A stretch of DNA of 64,000 nt, from NCBI GenBank assembly GCA_045651685.1, contig JAZRSV010000019.1:9794-73793 (forward strand). The letters are read 5' to 3'. A model generated the notes under the pieces. The model was not told the origin of the DNA, searched no databases, and saw only the letters and a list, made by a program, of their open reading frames with translations. Below, in pieces: positions 60,172-64,000 of this stretch. Both the position numbers and the translations under genes were made by a program. Each line of letters starts with the position of its first letter. The stretch's first letter is position 1. This DNA comes from Clostridia bacterium (GTDB lineage Bacteria > Bacillota > Clostridia > Christensenellales > UBA1242).

Positions 60172-60200
60172 TTGACAATATACTGCTTTTAGTATATAAT
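60172..60200 (+). promoter_or_regulatory. consensus promoter (TTGACA, 17-nt spacer, TATAAT)
   Basis: Read directly. Confidence 0.6.
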
Positions 60201-60236
60201 TAGTGTATCAAAAAACCACAAAGGAGATATGTGTGT

Positions 60237-60452
60237 ATGTTAGAAAGTGCAATAACAGATTTTACCAATTTTTTGCGTAATATTGAGCCAACAACAAGAC
60301 TTATAGTCATCGGCATATGCGCAATTATTGCTTTGTGGTCATTAATATCTTTTATTAATAAAAATGTAGAAAAAACCAAAGTTGTATGGTTGCAATTGTC
60401 AATATGTATATTAAGTATTGTTTGTGCTATACTTTTAGCGGTTTTTCAGTAA
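60237..60452 (+). CDS. small two-TM membrane protein (71 aa)
   Basis: AAAGGAG RBS 10 nt upstream of the ATG at 60237; two hydrophobic helices. Confidence 0.55.
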   Translation: MLESAITDFTNFLRNIEPTTRLIVIGICAIIALWSLISFINKNVEKTKVVWLQLSICILSIVCAILLAVFQ

Positions 60453-60528
60453 ATTTAGACACTTAAAATAGTTGTTTAATTACATTTTTTATGATAAAAT
60501 ACTACTGGATTTTTAAGGAGATACTCAA

Positions 60529-60828
60529 ATGTACAAATTACTTGCTGGTACACCTGCATGGGTCATCAATACTTTTCCTATCTTTAGACAAATATTGATG
60601 GTTCTTATAGCAATAGCTGCAGTTGGTCTTATCGTTGTGACATTAATTCAACCTAGCGAAGGCGAAGGTGGTGTAAATGTTATTACTGGTTCTAACGAGA
60701 GTTTTTATGCTCAAAACAAAGCAAATTCTCGTCAAGGCAGACTAAAAAAATTAACAATAGCACTTGCTGTTTTTATTGCGGTATGTGTAGTACTTTACTT
60801 TATATTGACTGCAATTTATAAAGGCTAA
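60529..60828 (+). CDS. secG: preprotein translocase subunit SecG
   Basis: LIQPSEGEGG...ITGS...RQGRLKKLTIALAVFIAV follows the SecG pattern; secG-rnr-smpB-ssrA synteny. Confidence 0.8.
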   Translation: MYKLLAGTPAWVINTFPIFRQILMVLIAIAAVGLIVVTLIQPSEGEGGVNVITGSNESFYAQNKANSRQGRLKKLTIALAVFIAVCVVLYFILTAIYKG

Positions 60829-60832
60829 TATA

Positions 60833-60872
60833 AAAAGAGTGGGAAAAATACTTTTTGCCACTCTTATTTTTT
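60833..60872 (+). terminator. rho-independent terminator
   Basis: AGAGTGG/CCACTCT hairpin plus T8. Confidence 0.75.
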
Positions 60873-60890
60873 AACAAAAGGATTTTTATT

Positions 60891-63011
60891 ATGGACAAAC
60901 AAAATGTTTTGGATTGTTTGCAAACAAATAACTTTTTTAACTATGACGGACTAAACGAACTTGCTGTACTTATAGCTGACAAAATTGGCTTTGATAGAGT
61001 GCAAGTTTTAGATGCTCTTGCAGAGTTAAAAAAAGATGGTGATATCTATGAATATGACAAGGGACTTTATGCGCCAATAGCATCTTTAGGCATGCTAAAG
61101 GGTAAGTTTATGGCAAACCCAAAGGGCTTTGCTTTTGTTGAGCCTCTTGATGGTTCTGACAATGATGTTTTTATCCCTAGCAAATATACTAATAATGCTA
61201 TGAACAATGATATTGTTTTGGTTGAGTTAGTAAGAGATTATGACGAAGGCGACGCAAAAAATGACGAAGGCCGTGTTATAAAAGTTTTGTCAAGAGAGAC
61301 TGACCAAATTGTTGGTACTTATCAACATTTCAAAAACTTTGGTTGGGTTGTGCCTGATGATGCAAAATACAACAAAGACATCTTTATCCCAGGTGGCAAA
61401 CATCTTAATGCAAAAGACGGTGACAAAGTTGTAGTGACTATCACCAATTATGGTGGCGAAAAGAAACCAGAAGGTATAGTAAACGAAGTAATAGGCGATC
61501 CTGGTGCTCCGGGCAACGATGTGTTGAGCTTGATGCGTCAATACAAAATTTATGAAGAGTTCCCAAAAGATGTTATCGACTATGTAAGAAAGGTTCCTCA
61601 AACAGTAAGCGAAAATTCTAAAAAGAATCGCAAAGACTTAACCGAACTTGTCACATTTACTATTGACGGCGAAGATGCAAAAGACCTAGACGATGCTATT
61701 TCTTTGTCTGTAGAAAATGGTATATACAAACTTGGTGTACACATAGCCGATGTAGGACACTATGTTCAAAAAGGTGGCGTTGTTGACGAAGAAGCTTACA
61801 AAAGAGCTACAAGCGTATACTTCTGTGATAGAGTTGTACCTATGCTACCAAAAGAACTTTCTAATGGTATTTGCTCTCTAAACGAAGGCGTAGAGAGACT
61901 TACAATGTCTGTATTTATGGATATTGATGCTACTGGTACTGTTATCAATCACGAAATATGCGAAAGCGTTATCAAAAGCAAACATCGCATGACATATACT
62001 TCTGTATTTAAGATACTAGAAGGCGACGAACAAGAAAGTGCAAAATTTTCAGATGTAAAAGAAACTATATTGCAAATGGGTGAGTTGTCACAACTATTAT
62101 CTGATGTTAGAGATAAGAGGGGTGCAATTGACTTTGACTTCCTAGAGACATATTTGGTTATAGATGAGCGTGGCAAACTTGTTGATGTAAAAGCAAGAGA
62201 GCATAACAGAGCTCACAAGCTTATTGAAACATTTATGGTTATTGCTAACGAAACTATCGCCGAACATTTTAACAAAATTGCCGTGCCATTTGTTTATCGT
62301 GTTCACGAAAAACCAGATGCAGACAAGATGACAACATTGTTTGCTTTCTTAAATTCTTTTGGCATACATTATGACTGTGACTTAAGAGATGTAAAACCAA
62401 TTGACTTACAAAAGATACTTCGTAGTATTGATGAAAAATCATACAAAGATGTTATTAGTTCTGTAATGTTAAGATCTCTTAAAAAAGCAAAATATGTGCC
62501 ACAATGTCTTGGTCACTTTGGTTTGGCTAGCACATACTATTGCCACTTTACTTCTCCTATCAGAAGATATCCAGACCTTTGTATACATCGAATAATCAAA
62601 CATTACTTGCATGAGACTCTAAAAGGTCAAGTGACTAACGAGTACAAAGACTTTGTAGAAAAAGCTTCTGTTCAATCTAGCGAGAGAGAAAAACTTGCCG
62701 AAGAAATGGAGAGAGCAGTTGATGATATGAAAAAGGCAGAATATATGCAACAATTTGTTGGTCAAAAATTTGCCGGTGTTATATCTGGTCTTAACCAAAG
62801 AGGTATATTTGTAATGTTAGAAAACACCTGTGAAGGTGTCTGCAACCTTGATAATTTGCCAAATGATAATTATGAATACGAAGATACAACCTATTCTTTA
62901 ATAGGCAATAACAACAGATTTAGACTTGGCGACAAGGTAGAAATTGAGGTTATTGATACTAATATTAGAGAAAGAAAAGTGTTTTTTAAGTTTATAAAAA
63001 AATTGGTATAA
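60891..63011 (+). CDS. rnr: ribonuclease R
   Basis: N-terminal HTH/OB, RNB catalytic domain and C-terminal S1 domain. The ATG at 60891 is preferred over the upstream in-frame start. Confidence 0.9.
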   Translation: MDKQNVLDCLQTNNFFNYDGLNELAVLIADKIGFDRVQVLDALAELKKDGDIYEYDKGLYAPIASLGMLKGKFMANPKGFAFVEPLDGSDNDVFIPSKYTNNAMNNDIVLVELVRDYDEGDAKNDEGRVIKVLSRETDQIVGTYQHFKNFGWVVPDDAKYNKDIFIPGGKHLNAKDGDKVVVTITNYGGEKKPEGIVNEVIGDPGAPGNDVLSLMRQYKIYEEFPKDVIDYVRKVPQTVSENSKKNRKDLTELVTFTIDGEDAKDLDDAISLSVENGIYKLGVHIADVGHYVQKGGVVDEEAYKRATSVYFCDRVVPMLPKELSNGICSLNEGVERLTMSVFMDIDATGTVINHEICESVIKSKHRMTYTSVFKILEGDEQESAKFSDVKETILQMGELSQLLSDVRDKRGAIDFDFLETYLVIDERGKLVDVKAREHNRAHKLIETFMVIANETIAEHFNKIAVPFVYRVHEKPDADKMTTLFAFLNSFGIHYDCDLRDVKPIDLQKILRSIDEKSYKDVISSVMLRSLKKAKYVPQCLGHFGLASTYYCHFTSPIRRYPDLCIHRIIKHYLHETLKGQVTNEYKDFVEKASVQSSEREKLAEEMERAVDDMKKAEYMQQFVGQKFAGVISGLNQRGIFVMLENTCEGVCNLDNLPNDNYEYEDTTYSLIGNNNRFRLGDKVEIEVIDTNIRERKVFFKFIKKLV

Positions 63012-63107
63012 TAGTTAAAATATAAGGTCAAATATAATAAAAAATAACAAAAAAATGTGTCAAAATAACTACTTGATTGTTTTGACAAAATTTTAACAAA
63101 AAACATT

Positions 63108-63178
63108 AAATGCATTTTTTTGGGGTAAAAATTGCAAAAAAAGTTTAATTTTACCCTTCAAAAATGCATTTTTTTGAT
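63108..63178 (+). terminator. long-stem terminator with approximately 23-bp imperfect palindromic arms
   Basis: Arms AAATGCATTTTTTTGGGGTAAAA and TTTTACCCTTCAAAAATGCATTT with an 18-nt loop, followed by T7. Confidence 0.55.
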
Positions 63179-63203
63179 TTTGATGCCCTAAAAATAGAAA
63201 AGT

Positions 63204-63236
63204 TTGAAAAAAAAGGGTATTGCAAAATATAATAAT
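63204..63236 (+). promoter_or_regulatory. smpB promoter (-35 TTGAAA, 18-nt spacer, -10 TATAAT) with an upstream A-tract
   Basis: Read directly. Confidence 0.45.
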
Positions 63237-63258
63237 CGTGTTATAATAGAGGTGTTAA

Positions 63259-63699
63259 ATGAAAATTGTTGCTTCTAACAAAAAAGCTCACTTTAACTAC
63301 CATATTTTATCGACCTATCAAGCAGGTGTTGTATTGAAAGGTAGCGAGGTAAAATCTATAAGGGGTGGGGGTATAAATCTTAACGATAGCTTTGTTTTTG
63401 TAAAAAATAACGAAGTGTTTGTTAAAAATGCTTATATCAAGCCATATGACAAAACTGCAAGTTTTGCTCCAGACCCTAGAAGAGATATAAAACTTTTGCT
63501 AAATCGCAATGAAATATTAAAGTTAAAGCAAAAAGTAAACGAAAAAGGTCTTACTTTAGTTCCAACAAAAGTTTATTTTGAAAAGAACCTAGTTAAGATA
63601 GAAGTTGCTTTGTGCAAGGGTAAACAATTGTTTGACAAAAAAGATGCTCTTAAACAACAAGACATCTTAAAAACTAATTTGCGTCAGATCAAAGACTAA
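63259..63699 (+). CDS. smpB: SsrA-binding protein
   Basis: Family pattern; it lies immediately upstream of tmRNA. Confidence 0.95.
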   Translation: MKIVASNKKAHFNYHILSTYQAGVVLKGSEVKSIRGGGINLNDSFVFVKNNEVFVKNAYIKPYDKTASFAPDPRRDIKLLLNRNEILKLKQKVNEKGLTLVPTKVYFEKNLVKIEVALCKGKQLFDKKDALKQQDILKTNLRQIKD

Positions 63700-63714
63700 A
63701 CCATATAATAATAT

Positions 63715-64000
63715 GGGGGCGATTTGGTTTTGACGAGGAAATTAAAATTTTGGTAAAGCGTGTCACAGGTATCGGCTGTGTAAAAACGATAAAAAAATTA
63801 AACGCAAACAATAATTCTTGCTTGGCTGCAGCGTAATGTAGCTTGTCTATCATAAATGTGCTCAAAGTTTATTATAGGCATCAATTATTTGAGCAACTCT
63901 TACAATGCTCTGTCATAGTATGTAAGTAGTAATTTTTGACTGGTCGAGTTGACTTTGTAGATTAAGAAGACTTGACGAGATCTTTTAATCTTCTGCACAC
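63715..64000 (+). ncRNA. ssrA: tmRNA (SsrA), 5' portion, truncated by the window end
   Basis: 5' end GGGGGCGAUUUGGUUUUGACGAGG matches the tmRNA acceptor/D-arm consensus. An internal tag frame ends ...NANNNSCLAAA-TAA at 63834-63836, directly after smpB. Confidence 0.75.

Noticed and set aside
63058-63087. TGTCAAAA-N14-TTTTGACA inverted repeat and AAATGCATTT palindromes upstream of smpB, considered as an operator
   Set aside because: The AAATGCATTT copies are the outer arms of one long hairpin followed by a T-run, which is better explained as the rnr terminator. The 8-bp inverted repeat remains an unexplained minor feature.
1-64000. Scan for CRISPR arrays, transposases/integrases, tRNA and rRNA genes, prophage modules
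   Set aside because: No direct-repeat/spacer arrays, no DDE or tyrosine-recombinase-like ORFs, and no tRNA- or rRNA-like segments (for example no GGTTCGAATCC T-arm). Apart from a few hypotheticals, the window is contiguous housekeeping.

Overview
This is 64 kb of a low-GC (about 30% GC) Firmicutes chromosome, read by eye without any searches. Gene order looks Clostridia-like: rpsD sits inside the alpha operon, and spoVG, a spoVT-yabM pair and an RsfA-like Myb regulator are present. Almost everything is housekeeping on the + strand. In order it holds spoVG and murC (divergent), rpmE, a membrane-domain::prmC fusion with prfA, rpmG-secE-nusG-rplK-rplA, an inserted unknown ORF, rplJ-rplL (no rpoBC downstream), tandem YugP-like Zn-peptidases, addB-addA, a membrane/coiled-coil + PRC-barrel + SPFH-zinc-ribbon + DUF1858 + LtaS block, the full S10-spc-alpha ribosomal superoperon (rpsJ through rplQ, with secY-adk-map-infA-rpmJ), spoVT-yabM, an HU-like gene, dus, a Na/Pi transporter with pgk-gpmI-tpiA, secG-rnr-smpB and the 5' part of tmRNA at the window edge. 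I saw no CRISPR array, transposase, integrase, rRNA or tRNA. I could not identify a clear multi-gene novel system. The most unusual observations are an in-frame fusion of a polytopic membrane domain to PrmC, a ribosomal protein L24 carrying a Cys4 zinc-ribbon plus a Lys/Ala tail, an acidic-tailed ORF inserted between rplA and rplJ, loss of rpoBC from downstream of rplL, a promoter-to-terminator small structured RNA candidate at about 20.75 kb, a roughly 230-nt S10 leader with an SD-preceded mini-ORF, and several lineage-specific proteins with histone-H1-like K/A/P-rich tails.
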